Source: an uncultured Rhodobacterales bacterium (lineage in GTDB: Bacteria > Pseudomonadota > Alphaproteobacteria > Rhodobacterales > Rhodobacteraceae). Taken from it: 55,155 nt of DNA. Location of the stretch: contig CAYZQS010000003.1 in assembly GCA_964480735.1 (NCBI GenBank), positions 14,490-69,644 of the forward strand, read 5' to 3'. The notes beneath the pieces are model-generated. The model was not told the origin of the DNA. It worked only from the letters and a program-made list of their open reading frames with translations, and did not search any database. This document shows positions 1-8,468 of the stretch, piece by piece. How positions within the stretch are numbered: position 1 is the first letter of the stretch; each line of letters begins with the position of its first letter. Both the position numbers and the translations under genes were made by a program.

Positions 1-2
1 GC

Positions 3-2786
3 ATCGACGTTATTCTGGCAGGTCTGCGCGAAAGCCTTAAGGCCGGGCCAAAGACTTGCACCCATCACACCCATGCCATCGTTTTTCTGTACGAGCATCA
101 CCGCGAGCCAAAACCGCAGGAACCCGGTGCCACGTGGATCACCAATGCGCAAACCCAGCGCGCCTGCCTTCGGGCGGCAGAAACCGTGGTGACACTGGCC
201 AGCTATATCCGCCTTTTGGGCCGCGAAGCACGTGGTCACAGCGGGGCGGCAAGCGATGTTCATCTGGCGAAACTGGCCGTGACGGCGGGATTGGCAACCA
301 TAAAAGACGGAGCAGCGGTGAATCCGTTTTTGGGAGCAGATTTCGGCATTGGCGTGATCACCACGACCCTTGATCTTGCCCCGGACAAACCGCTGCACGA
401 AAAGGCAAAACCGGGACGGGCGTGGCGTTTTGGAATTGGACCGCAGGCCAAAAACGCCCGCAACCGTGATCCTTATCTAAAGCGCAATTACAAAGACGGT
501 GCGCATCCGTTTGAAACCTTGAAACGCACGGCCAATCCAACCACCTATATTGACGAAATCAACGTTGCCCGCGTGCCAAAGCGGACAAATATGTTCGCCC
601 GATCCCTGTTCGGTGATTTGGGAAAAACCGTGCAGGACGCCGCCAAAAACGGAAATTATGTCCGCAAATCGGCGGCTGCATTTGCGTTTCGCGGCAGCCT
701 TGCCGCGTTCACGCTTATTCAGGACGGCAAGGTTGCCAAAACCAAACACCCGTCCACGTCTGACGCGGCGACCAATGCCGCCAACATCAAAGCCGCCGCC
801 TATTATCTGGGGTGCGACGCGGTGGGTCTGTCCCGATGCCCGGACTGGGCCTATTACTCGCACGACGCCGCCGGTCAGCCGATCACGCCTTACCACAAAA
901 ATGCCATTTCGATCATCATCGATCAGGGGCACGAAACGATGGAGGGCGCATCCGGTGACGACTGGATCGCCTGTGCCCAGTCCATGCGGGCCTACCTTAG
1001 ATTTTCGCTTTTGGGTGGCGTTCTGGCCAATCACATCCGCAATCTGGGATTTGGTGCCCGCACCCATACGGTTATGGATGACGAAGTGCTGCACCCGCCA
1101 CTGTTGCTGCTTGCCGGGCTTGGCGAAGTGTCGCGTATCGGAGAAGTCATCTTAAATCCGTTTTTGGGCCCGCGCCTGAAATCCGGCATTGTCACGACAA
1201 ATATGCCGGTGACACACGATCAACCCATTGATTTTGGCCTGCAACGGTTTTGTGAAGCCTGTAACAAATGCGCCCGCGAATGTCCGTCCGGTGCCATCAC
1301 CGCCGGGCCAAAATTGATGTTCAACGGCTATGAGATATGGAAAAGCGACAGCCAGAAATGCACCACTTACCGACTGACCACCAAAGGTGGCGCCATGTGC
1401 GGGCGCTGCATGAAAACCTGCCCGTGGAACCTTGAAGGATTGTTCGCCGAAAAACCGTTCCGCTGGGCCGCGATGAAAATGCCCGGCGCGGCGCGCGTTT
1501 TGGCGAAACTGGACGACGCATTGGACCACGGCGCGATCAATCCGGTCAAACGCTGGTGGTGGGATCTGGAGATGGTCAACGAAGGCCCTTATGATCCAAG
1601 CCCCGAACCGCTGAACCAGCGCGGGTTGTCCAAGGACCTGAACCTGAAATACGAGGATCAGACGCTGGCGGTCTATCCCGCGCCCTTGGCCACCCCACCG
1701 TTTCCCTGGCCATTCCCGATGGATCGGGAGGCCGGAATAAAAGCCTATCAAAATATGATACCGGCGCAGGAACATATCGCGCGGCGAAAACAGGGCCAGC
1801 CGCCGGAACATATATTTACCGGGGACCAGACAGAAGCTCCGGTCATTCAGGTTGTCGTGTCTTTGGTCAAACGGATGACCAAAGAGGTTACCAAATATGA
1901 ATTCAAAACTCTTGACGGTGCGCTGCTGCCAAAAGTGCAGCCGGGGGCGCATATCGACGTGGTGGTGGCACCGGAATTTTTTCGGCAATTTTCGTTGTCA
2001 GGTGATCCGGCGGACCGCAGCAAATACCAAATCGCGGTGCTGCGCGAGGGCCAGGGTCGCGGCGGGTCGCAGTTGATGCACCGCATATTTGAAGAGGGGC
2101 GGAAAGTGTTTATTTCCAAGCCTTTGAACCATTTTCCACTGTCAGAAGACGCAAGCAAATCGTATCTTATGGGCGGCGGAATTGGCGTGACACCTTTGAT
2201 TTCAATGGCGCACCGTCTGTACCGTTTAAACGCGGATTTTGAGATGCACTATTCCTGTTCAAAAATGGCCAATGCCGGTTTTCTGAAGGATCTGTCAGAA
2301 ATGCCCTGGTCAGATCGTGTGCATTTGCATTTTTCGGACAAGGGCAGCCGGGCATTTTTGTCTGACATCCTGCGCTATAAACCCAAAACACACGTTTATA
2401 CCTGCGGACCCGAAGCCTATATGCAATCGGTTCTTGACGCCGCAACCGCCAATGGATTTGCCGAGGAAAACCGCCACATGGAGTATTTCAGTGTCCCAGA
2501 CCTTCCTGAATACCAGAATTTTGATTTCATCCTGAAATTGTCAAAGTCGGGCCGGGAAATAAAGGTTCCTGCCGATAAGTCAGCCACAGACGTATTGATT
2601 GCAGCTGGTATTCCGGTGGACGTCAAATGTTCCGACGGGCTGTGCGGTGTATGCAAATGCGGCCTGATTTCGGGTGATGTAGAGCACCGGGATTTTGTTT
2701 TGTCCAACAGGCAACGGCAATCCAATGTGATCCTGTGCCAGTCCCGCGCTGCCAAAATGAATGGTGTGATAGAGGTCGATCTTTAG
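3..2786 (+). CDS. Catabolic-type reductive dehalogenase (RdhA) fused to a phthalate-dioxygenase-reductase-like module (flavin + NAD(P)H + 2Fe-2S). The 5' end runs off the window.
   Basis: The frame is open from nt 3, with no stop upstream of the listed GTG at 186. Two 4Fe-4S motifs (CEACNKCARECPSG, CGRCMKTCPWN) follow the core NPFLGPRLKSGIVTT. An earlier degenerate copy, NPFLGADFGIGVITT, suggests the vestigial N-terminal duplicate of NpRdhA-type enzymes. The C-terminal third has RQFSLSG (flavin), GGGIGVTP (NAD) and CSDGLCGVCKC...C (2Fe-2S). Confidence 0.8.
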   Translation: MDVILAGLRESLKAGPKTCTHHTHAIVFLYEHHREPKPQEPGATWITNAQTQRACLRAAETVVTLASYIRLLGREARGHSGAASDVHLAKLAVTAGLATIKDGAAVNPFLGADFGIGVITTTLDLAPDKPLHEKAKPGRAWRFGIGPQAKNARNRDPYLKRNYKDGAHPFETLKRTANPTTYIDEINVARVPKRTNMFARSLFGDLGKTVQDAAKNGNYVRKSAAAFAFRGSLAAFTLIQDGKVAKTKHPSTSDAATNAANIKAAAYYLGCDAVGLSRCPDWAYYSHDAAGQPITPYHKNAISIIIDQGHETMEGASGDDWIACAQSMRAYLRFSLLGGVLANHIRNLGFGARTHTVMDDEVLHPPLLLLAGLGEVSRIGEVILNPFLGPRLKSGIVTTNMPVTHDQPIDFGLQRFCEACNKCARECPSGAITAGPKLMFNGYEIWKSDSQKCTTYRLTTKGGAMCGRCMKTCPWNLEGLFAEKPFRWAAMKMPGAARVLAKLDDALDHGAINPVKRWWWDLEMVNEGPYDPSPEPLNQRGLSKDLNLKYEDQTLAVYPAPLATPPFPWPFPMDREAGIKAYQNMIPAQEHIARRKQGQPPEHIFTGDQTEAPVIQVVVSLVKRMTKEVTKYEFKTLDGALLPKVQPGAHIDVVVAPEFFRQFSLSGDPADRSKYQIAVLREGQGRGGSQLMHRIFEEGRKVFISKPLNHFPLSEDASKSYLMGGGIGVTPLISMAHRLYRLNADFEMHYSCSKMANAGFLKDLSEMPWSDRVHLHFSDKGSRAFLSDILRYKPKTHVYTCGPEAYMQSVLDAATANGFAEENRHMEYFSVPDLPEYQNFDFILKLSKSGREIKVPADKSATDVLIAAGIPVDVKCSDGLCGVCKCGLISGDVEHRDFVLSNRQRQSNVILCQSRAAKMNGVIEVDL

Positions 2787-2811
2787 TATACTGCTGTAAG
2801 CAATTGGAGAT

Positions 2812-3261
2812 TTGGCCGTGGAATACACCTGTGAAATCGAAATTGACCTGCCACAAGCCAGAGTTATCGAATTGTTTGACGACGCGGATAATCTGAAAGA
2901 ATGGCAGGAAGGATTGGTCAGTTTTACCCACCGCAGCGGCGAGGCAGGCCAGCCCGGCGCCGTGTCCGATCTGGTGTTTCAGATGGGAAAGCGAAAGATT
3001 GAAATGGTCGAGACGATCGAGCGGCGAAATCTGCCAGAAGAATTTACAGCCATTTTTACGGCAAAGGGCGTCTGGAACCGCAACGCGAATTTCTTTGAAG
3101 CCAGAGGCGACAAAACCATTTGGCTGCAAAAGAACGAGTTTCGATGCACCGGTATCATGATGCGGCTGATGACAGTGCTGATGCCCGGAATGTTCAAAAA
3201 GCAGTCATTGAAATATATGGTCGCCTTTAAAGCATTTGCTGAAGGCGCGCCGCCAAATTAA
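2812..3261 (+). CDS. SRPBCC/START-like ligand-binding protein
   Basis: 149-aa ORF 25 nt after the dehalogenase stop, with a TTG start as listed. Size and overall sequence pattern resemble the SRPBCC superfamily. The call is by resemblance only. Confidence 0.55.
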   Translation: MAVEYTCEIEIDLPQARVIELFDDADNLKEWQEGLVSFTHRSGEAGQPGAVSDLVFQMGKRKIEMVETIERRNLPEEFTAIFTAKGVWNRNANFFEARGDKTIWLQKNEFRCTGIMMRLMTVLMPGMFKKQSLKYMVAFKAFAEGAPPN

Positions 3262-3536
3262 GTCCAGTTCACGGCCTGACCACCCGGCAGCAGTTGGCGG
3301 ACCTGTGACGGCAGGTCGTAGTCCAATGAATACGCATCACAAAATCCGCTGACGATTTCATCGGAACTTAGAATGAAGTCAAGGACCGAGCCAAGAAAAT
3401 CCGGATCGCCGGCATTTTCCATCAGGGTATTTATGTCAGCACCGCTGTTGGCCAGAAAAACCCGCATAAAGTCCTGCTGGTCCGCCAACCAGCCAAGTGC
3501 CTGAAGGGCAATGGTTTCTGCCTGATCCTGTTTCAT
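3258..3536 (-). CDS. DUF3572-family protein
   Basis: 92-aa ORF divergent from pleD. The sequence (ALQALGWLA...FL..SG...DPDFLGSVLDF) and its position next to pleD match this alphaproteobacterial family as I remember it. Confidence 0.6.
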   Translation of the reverse strand: MKQDQAETIALQALGWLADQQDFMRVFLANSGADINTLMENAGDPDFLGSVLDFILSSDEIVSGFCDAYSLDYDLPSQVRQLLPGGQAVNWT

Positions 3537-3652
3537 GCAACCTTAATTTTCTGCCGCTGTGCGGGGTGATTTCGAAAGGAATTCTTAACACCTTTACCTC
3601 TAAATACCATTCATCAATCTACCTTAAGACTTCCATAACGAGAAAGATAAAA

Positions 3653-5041
3653 ATGTCAGGACGCATTCTTGTGGTCGATGATATTGCCACCAACCGGATG
3701 ATCTTGAGGGCCAAACTTTCTGCGGCTTATTTTGACGTTATTCTTGCCGAAAGCGGGCGCGACGCGCTGGAAAAAATCAGGCAGGAACAGCCGGATATCG
3801 TGCTTTTGGACGTTTTGATGCCGGATATGGACGGCTTTGAAGTCTGCAAAATACTTAAGGCAAATCCAGAGACGGCGCATGTGCCGGTGCTTATGGTCAC
3901 CGCCCATTACAGCCAGACACAACGCTTGCGAGGGCTGGAATGTGGTGCCGATGATTTCCTCAGCAAGCCGATCAATGATCTGGCGCTATTTTCCCGCGTG
4001 CGCAATCTGATCCGTGTCAAGTTTATGTTTGATGAACTGCGCCTTAGAAACACAATTTCCCGGGATTTTGGTTTTGGTGTCGAGTGGCCGCCACCGCCAA
4101 CCGCCCGTGATTTAGGCGGTCACGTGGTTTTGGCCTGCCCCAACGAAACCGTTGGGCGAAAGTGGCGGCAGGACCTGCTGGCGCAGTTGCCCATCACAGT
4201 TGACATCGAAACCAGCGAAGATCAGGTGGCAGAGCCGGAGGCGGGCAATGCACCGGATATTTTTGTTGTTCACAGCCGCATTGGCAAGCACGGCGACGGG
4301 TTGCGACTGGTGTCACGCCTGCGCACCCGCCCGCGCACCCGCCATGCGCTTATCATTCTGGTGGTGCCGCAAGGCGATCAGACATTGGCGGCAAAAGGGC
4401 TTGATCTTGGGGCCAGCGATTATGTGTTTGATCCGTTTGATCCGCAGGAAATGATCATTCGGCTGCAAAGCCAGATGCGGCGGAAACATATTTCCGACGG
4501 GCTGCGAAACGCTGTGCAGGACTCGTTGCGGCTGTCAGTGCTTGATCCGCTGACCGGGCTTTACAATAGACGGTATGCCACGGAACACCTTGATAAAATC
4601 AACTCCCGCTCGCAGGAGACCGGCAAACCTTTTGCACTTATGCTGCTGGATATCGACAATTTCAAACGTGTCAACGATGCGCATGGTCACCCGACCGGTG
4701 ATCGGGTGCTTAAAGAGTTTGCCCAAAGAATTCAGGACAATATGCGCGGGGTTGATCTGGTGTCCCGCCTTGGCGGTGAAGAATTTCTGGTGGCCATGCC
4801 GGACACCACGCAGGATGAGGCGCGCATTGCCGGTGAAAGGCTGCGCCGGGTGATCGAGCAGGATTTTTTTGAGCTTCAAAGCGCGAACAAGCACCTTTCG
4901 ATCACCGTCAGCATTGGCGTGACCGTGGGTTCGGCAGAACCTGCAGAGGTTGACGTGTTGTTGCAGGAAGCTGATCAGGCGCTTTATGCGTCTAAGGCTG
5001 AGGGGCGAAATCAGGTGACCCTGTTTTCATCCGCCGCCTGA
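3653..5041 (+). CDS. pleD: Response-regulator diguanylate cyclase PleD (REC-REC-GGDEF)
   Basis: ATG at 3653 (MSGRILVVDD). Two receiver domains, the second degenerate, precede a GGDEF domain with an RGVD I-site just upstream of GGEEF. The listed start at 3497 overlaps the divergent gene and is rejected. Confidence 0.85.
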   Translation: MSGRILVVDDIATNRMILRAKLSAAYFDVILAESGRDALEKIRQEQPDIVLLDVLMPDMDGFEVCKILKANPETAHVPVLMVTAHYSQTQRLRGLECGADDFLSKPINDLALFSRVRNLIRVKFMFDELRLRNTISRDFGFGVEWPPPPTARDLGGHVVLACPNETVGRKWRQDLLAQLPITVDIETSEDQVAEPEAGNAPDIFVVHSRIGKHGDGLRLVSRLRTRPRTRHALIILVVPQGDQTLAAKGLDLGASDYVFDPFDPQEMIIRLQSQMRRKHISDGLRNAVQDSLRLSVLDPLTGLYNRRYATEHLDKINSRSQETGKPFALMLLDIDNFKRVNDAHGHPTGDRVLKEFAQRIQDNMRGVDLVSRLGGEEFLVAMPDTTQDEARIAGERLRRVIEQDFFELQSANKHLSITVSIGVTVGSAEPAEVDVLLQEADQALYASKAEGRNQVTLFSSAA

Positions 5042-5090
5042 ATTCTGGCGGTGCAAGCCTTTTATGGTACCACGCGAACCGCCCCACACT

Positions 5091-5579
5091 TTACGGCTGT
5101 TTGCCCTTTGGTCCGCGCGAATTTTCCAGACGTTCCGCGAAAGACTGGCGTTCTGCGGCGGTCATCAGATTAATCCGGGTCATCAAAATAGAGTGGCCTA
5201 GTTTAATATTGCCGGTCACCGCTTGGCGTTGCGCTGCCAGGACCTGCTCCACAGCCTTCGTGTCAAACGGTTCTGCGCGCAGGGCCTCTGCCAATTCTTC
5301 CAGATGCTGACGGATCACCGACCGGCCCGCCTGAATTTGATCGCGGTTCTCGTCAATCGCCACCCGCAGTGCCTGCCGGTCCTGATCATCCAGCCCGCGC
5401 ATATAACTGCGCAGACCGACGATGCCCAAACTGCGGTCAACCGGGCGGCGGTGATCCGGCGGACCACCGCGCAAAAGCGCACCGGCAACCAAGCCGATAA
5501 TCAACAGGTTCAAGCCCAGCGACGCCACCAGCAAAATGCGCTTGCTCAGACTGGCCTTAGGTTTTCCCGGATCGGTCAT
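5091..5579 (-). CDS. Membrane-anchored periplasmic Spy/CpxP-like protein ('periplasmic heavy metal sensor' type)
   Basis: Start moved to ATG 5579 (MTDPGKPK), directly after the upstream stop at 5581. It has the anchor ILLVASLGLNLLIIGLVAGALL, then a helical domain with LTXXQ-like motifs (LDDQDRQAL, MTAAERQSF). Confidence 0.6.
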   Translation of the reverse strand: MTDPGKPKASLSKRILLVASLGLNLLIIGLVAGALLRGGPPDHRRPVDRSLGIVGLRSYMRGLDDQDRQALRVAIDENRDQIQAGRSVIRQHLEELAEALRAEPFDTKAVEQVLAAQRQAVTGNIKLGHSILMTRINLMTAAERQSFAERLENSRGPKGKQP

Positions 5580-5580
5580 G

Positions 5581-5949
5581 TCAACTCTCCACCAATAAAT
5601 CGTCAAATGTTGATATCGCGTCAAACGGCTCTTCCGACGAGGTGTTGAACACGAAATCCGAAAAATCCGCCAGACTGTCAGGCGCGGCGTAGCCAATCCA
5701 AAGCCCAACCGCCGTACAGGCCGCAAGCGCACCCGCTGCCCGCCATCCGCCAATGGCATCTGCAATGCCGCGCCACCAGGCCGGCTGTTGTCGTGCGCTG
5801 ACGTTGGATTGCAGGGGTTGCTGGGCTTTTGCGTCAGCAAGGATTGCCGCCACCAGATCTTCTGACAGGGGCGTGTCCTCAGATCGCAATTTGGCAAAAA
5901 GACCGTCCAGTTCCGTATCTATGTGGTTTTTTGATTTCTTGGTCATCAT
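5581..5949 (-). CDS. Putative anti-sigma factor (single-pass membrane protein)
   Basis: ATGA overlap with the sigma gene and one TM segment (AAGALAACTAVGLWIGYA). The assignment is by position and topology only. Confidence 0.5.
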   Translation of the reverse strand: MMTKKSKNHIDTELDGLFAKLRSEDTPLSEDLVAAILADAKAQQPLQSNVSARQQPAWWRGIADAIGGWRAAGALAACTAVGLWIGYAAPDSLADFSDFVFNTSSEEPFDAISTFDDLLVES

Positions 5950-6530
5950 TCCAGTCCCAGTTCTTCCTTTTGACCCAGCAACAAAGCCGCAAGTGCGCGC
6001 TTGCCTCTGGCTGTCAGACTTTCTACCGCATCCACGCTGATGTTCAGTATCTCGGCAATTTCAGGGTTCGCAAACCCCTCGATGTGGCGCATGACCACCG
6101 CCGTTCGCTGTCGCTCTGGCAGTTGATCAAGTGCAGCGGTCAGGGCTTTTGCGCGTTCGTTTTGCTGCATGGTTTGCACAACCGTTGCTGTGGTATCTTT
6201 TGGCTCGGCGATCTCATCCAATCCAACGCTGCGGCGGCGGCGCAGGCGGTCCATGCACAGGTTGCTGGTCACGCGGTAAAGCCAGGTTGACAGTTTGGCC
6301 TCTCCGCTTCGCCAGTCCGGCGCCATTTTCCACAACCGCATCATGGCTTCCTGTGTCACGTCTTCAGCTTCCGTCAGATCATTCAGCAGCCTTTTTGCAA
6401 GGGACAAGACGCCCGGCGCAAGCCTTAGGGTCAATTCCCGTGCCGCCTGATTGTCGCCATTGACGTACAGGCGCAACACTGCGTCGTCGCTTAGGTCGTC
6501 AAGGGCGTTGGAAAGCATGTTCATCGCCAA
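5946..6530 (-). CDS. ECF (sigma-70 family) RNA polymerase sigma factor
   Basis: Region 2 (EDVTQEAMMRLWK, LYRVTSNLCMDRLRR) and region 4 HTH (RQRTAVVMRHIEGFANPEIAEILNISVDAVESLTARGKRAL). Confidence 0.85.
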   Translation of the reverse strand: MAMNMLSNALDDLSDDAVLRLYVNGDNQAARELTLRLAPGVLSLAKRLLNDLTEAEDVTQEAMMRLWKMAPDWRSGEAKLSTWLYRVTSNLCMDRLRRRRSVGLDEIAEPKDTTATVVQTMQQNERAKALTAALDQLPERQRTAVVMRHIEGFANPEIAEILNISVDAVESLTARGKRALAALLLGQKEELGLE

Positions 6531-6560
6531 AATGCGTACAATCGCGGTACTGGATTTGCA

Positions 6561-6593
6561 ATCGGTCCGGCGCGAAAGCCACGCCGGACCGAT
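6561..6593. terminator. Strong stem-loop between the EF-hand gene and the ECF sigma gene
   Basis: ATCGGTCCGGCG (6561-6572) pairs perfectly with CGCCGGACCGAT (6582-6593) across a 9-nt loop. There is no clear U-tract on either strand, so terminator function is uncertain. Confidence 0.35.
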
Positions 6594-6600
6594 TTATGGC

Positions 6601-7086
6601 TTATTCAGAAGCGGGGCGTTTTTTCTTGCCGCCAAACCGGTGTTTTTTCATGTTTTCCAGTTCTTCTTCAGAAATGGCACCGTCGCCGTTTTCATCCAGT
6701 CGTTCAAAGAATTTTGCCTGGCGTTCGTCGTTGCTGAGTTCTGCCATGCTGAGTTGGCCATCATCATCGGCATCCTGTCTGTCAATCATGTGATCCACGC
6801 GCTTTGCCTGGCGCTTGGCGGCATTTTCCTGCATGGCGGCCAGCAGTTCTTCTTTGGACAGAAAACCGTCGCCATTTGTGTCACGCTCGGCGAATTTTGC
6901 TTCGCGGTGCGCGATCATTTCCTCGATTGTGATCTGGCCGTCGGCGTTGGCGTCGATTTCCTCGAAATTAATGCGCGGGCCGTGGCCGTCCGGACCACCA
7001 CGGGCCAGTGCCGGTGACAGGGACGTAACGCCGACCGCGCCGATTGTCAGGGCGGTTATCATGGCGACTGCTGTAGATTTTTTCAT
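6601..7086 (-). CDS. Secreted calcium-binding protein with four EF-hands
   Basis: Signal peptide MKKSTAVAMITALTIGAVGVTSLSPALA. Four canonical loops: DANADGQITIEE, DTNGDGFLSKEE, DADDDGQLSMAE, DENGDGAISEEE. Confidence 0.8.
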   Translation of the reverse strand: MKKSTAVAMITALTIGAVGVTSLSPALARGGPDGHGPRINFEEIDANADGQITIEEMIAHREAKFAERDTNGDGFLSKEELLAAMQENAAKRQAKRVDHMIDRQDADDDGQLSMAELSNDERQAKFFERLDENGDGAISEEELENMKKHRFGGKKKRPASE

Positions 7087-7258
7087 GTTTCTTACTCCGA
7101 TGTTAAAAAGAGGCGACGTTGTGCTGCCTTCATGAACTTAAAACGGGGCAGGCCTGAGTTTCCGTCGAAAAAAATTTGACCACGGGCATTTGCGACATCC
7201 AGACGCAAGGCGCACTGTGTCTGTTTACATTCCTTCCGCGCGGGTTAGGTCGTGCGGT

Positions 7259-7678
7259 ATGACCATGACCCCAATATCAGAGAACCCCGGCAGCGGAGAA
7301 CGGCGCGTTCGACCGGCACTTATCAACGGCTGGCGGCGGAAATGCCCCAATTGCGGTACCGGACCGATGATGCGCAGCTACCTGAAAACCCGCGACAGCT
7401 GTGCGGTTTGCGGCGAAGAGCTGCACCATCACCGGGCAGACGACGGGCCCGCCTACGCCACTATATTGGTCAGCGGACATATATTGGCACCACTTATCCT
7501 TTGGGTATATGCCACGTTCCGGCCGGACCCGCTGGTGATGGCAATCGGGCTGAGTGGCGTGTTTGTGGCGCTTGCGCTGTTCTTGTTGCCACGGTTCAAG
7601 GGCATGTTTGTGGCCGTACAATGGGCCAAGCGCATGCATGGATTTGGCTTGCCGGACGATGAAGAATTGCCACACTAA
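7259..7678 (+). CDS. DUF983-family membrane protein
   Basis: ATG 7259 (MTMTPISE). It has CPNCG...CAVCG zinc-ribbon-like pairs followed by two hydrophobic segments, as in DUF983. Confidence 0.65.
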   Translation: MTMTPISENPGSGERRVRPALINGWRRKCPNCGTGPMMRSYLKTRDSCAVCGEELHHHRADDGPAYATILVSGHILAPLILWVYATFRPDPLVMAIGLSGVFVALALFLLPRFKGMFVAVQWAKRMHGFGLPDDEELPH

Positions 7679-7748
7679 AGGGCAAATTTACCTTTTCCCC
7701 GGCAATCACTGATCCTATGCTAAGGTTTGGATCATCCAATGGGACCTC

Positions 7749-8426
7749 ATGGACAAAACTCAAATCCGAAACGCCGCGACGATTATTTTACTGCGCGACC
7801 GGGACAGTGAACCAAAAGTGTTGATGGGACAGCGCGGCAAAACCGCTGCGTTTATGCCAAACAAGTTTGTGTTTCCGGGCGGCGCCCTGGATGAACAGGA
7901 CAGCCAGGTCTCGTTGGCGCGGCCGATAAATGCTGATTGCCTGCGGCGGTTAAGGGCCAAGGCGGATGCGGGCGTGGCCGAGGCGCTGGTGTTGGCGGCC
8001 ATTCGCGAACTGTGGGAAGAAACCGGATTGTTGCTGGGTCAAAAGGGTGATGCCGGGCAAAACGGCGGCGTGCCTGAAGCATGGCAGTCGTTTTATCAGT
8101 CCGGCGTGCAGCCAAGCGGTGCGGGCATACGATTTGTTTTTCGCGCCATCACCCCGCCGGGTCGCCCCCGGCGGTTTGACGCGCGGTTTTTTCTGGCCGA
8201 TGCTGATTGCATAAGCGGCTCGCTTGACGATTTTACCCATGCAAGCGATGAGTTAAGCCACTTGCAATGGATCGCGCTTTCAGAGGCCCGTAATTTTGAT
8301 CTGCCGTTCATAACAGAGGTGGTGCTGGCCGAGATTGCTGCGGGGCTAAAATCCGGAGAGTCAGATCAATCGGTGCCGTTTTTTTTCAACGAAGCGGATA
8401 CATCCTATTTCGACCGCTTGATTTAA
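7749..8426 (+). CDS. NUDIX-family hydrolase
   Basis: 225 aa with a Nudix-box core AIRELWEETGL preceded by FPGGALDE. Confidence 0.7.
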   Translation: MDKTQIRNAATIILLRDRDSEPKVLMGQRGKTAAFMPNKFVFPGGALDEQDSQVSLARPINADCLRRLRAKADAGVAEALVLAAIRELWEETGLLLGQKGDAGQNGGVPEAWQSFYQSGVQPSGAGIRFVFRAITPPGRPRRFDARFFLADADCISGSLDDFTHASDELSHLQWIALSEARNFDLPFITEVVLAEIAAGLKSGESDQSVPFFFNEADTSYFDRLI

Positions 8427-8454
8427 GTCCAGAATTCGTCAATTTAGGTCCAGA
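8422..8454. promoter_or_regulatory. Two direct repeats TTTAAGTCCAGA / TTTAGGTCCAGA spaced 21 bp start to start; candidate TauR (MocR) operator
   Basis: Repeats lie at 8422-8433 and 8443-8454, 15 nt upstream of the tauR start. On the other strand they read CTGGACTTAA and CTGGACCTAA. This fits my unverified recollection of the Rhodobacter capsulatus TauR site CTGGACYTAA. Confidence 0.5.
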
Positions 8455-8468
8455 TCGGATGGGCCTAG

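Noticed and set aside
3497-3652. Upstream extension of pleD (listed start 3497).
   Set aside because: It overlaps the divergent DUF3572 gene and its promoter region. The receiver domain begins at MSGRILVVDD (ATG 3653).
5580-5897. 106-codon extension of the Spy-like gene (listed ORF 5091-5897).
   Set aside because: It lies entirely inside the anti-sigma gene in another frame. ATG 5579 gives a normal membrane anchor directly after the upstream stop.
7087-7190. ECF-type promoter (GGAAAC ... CGTT) upstream of the EF-hand gene.
   Set aside because: The spacer between the -35-like GGAAAC and CGTT is only about 12-13 nt, against the usual 16-17, so the call is not supportable.
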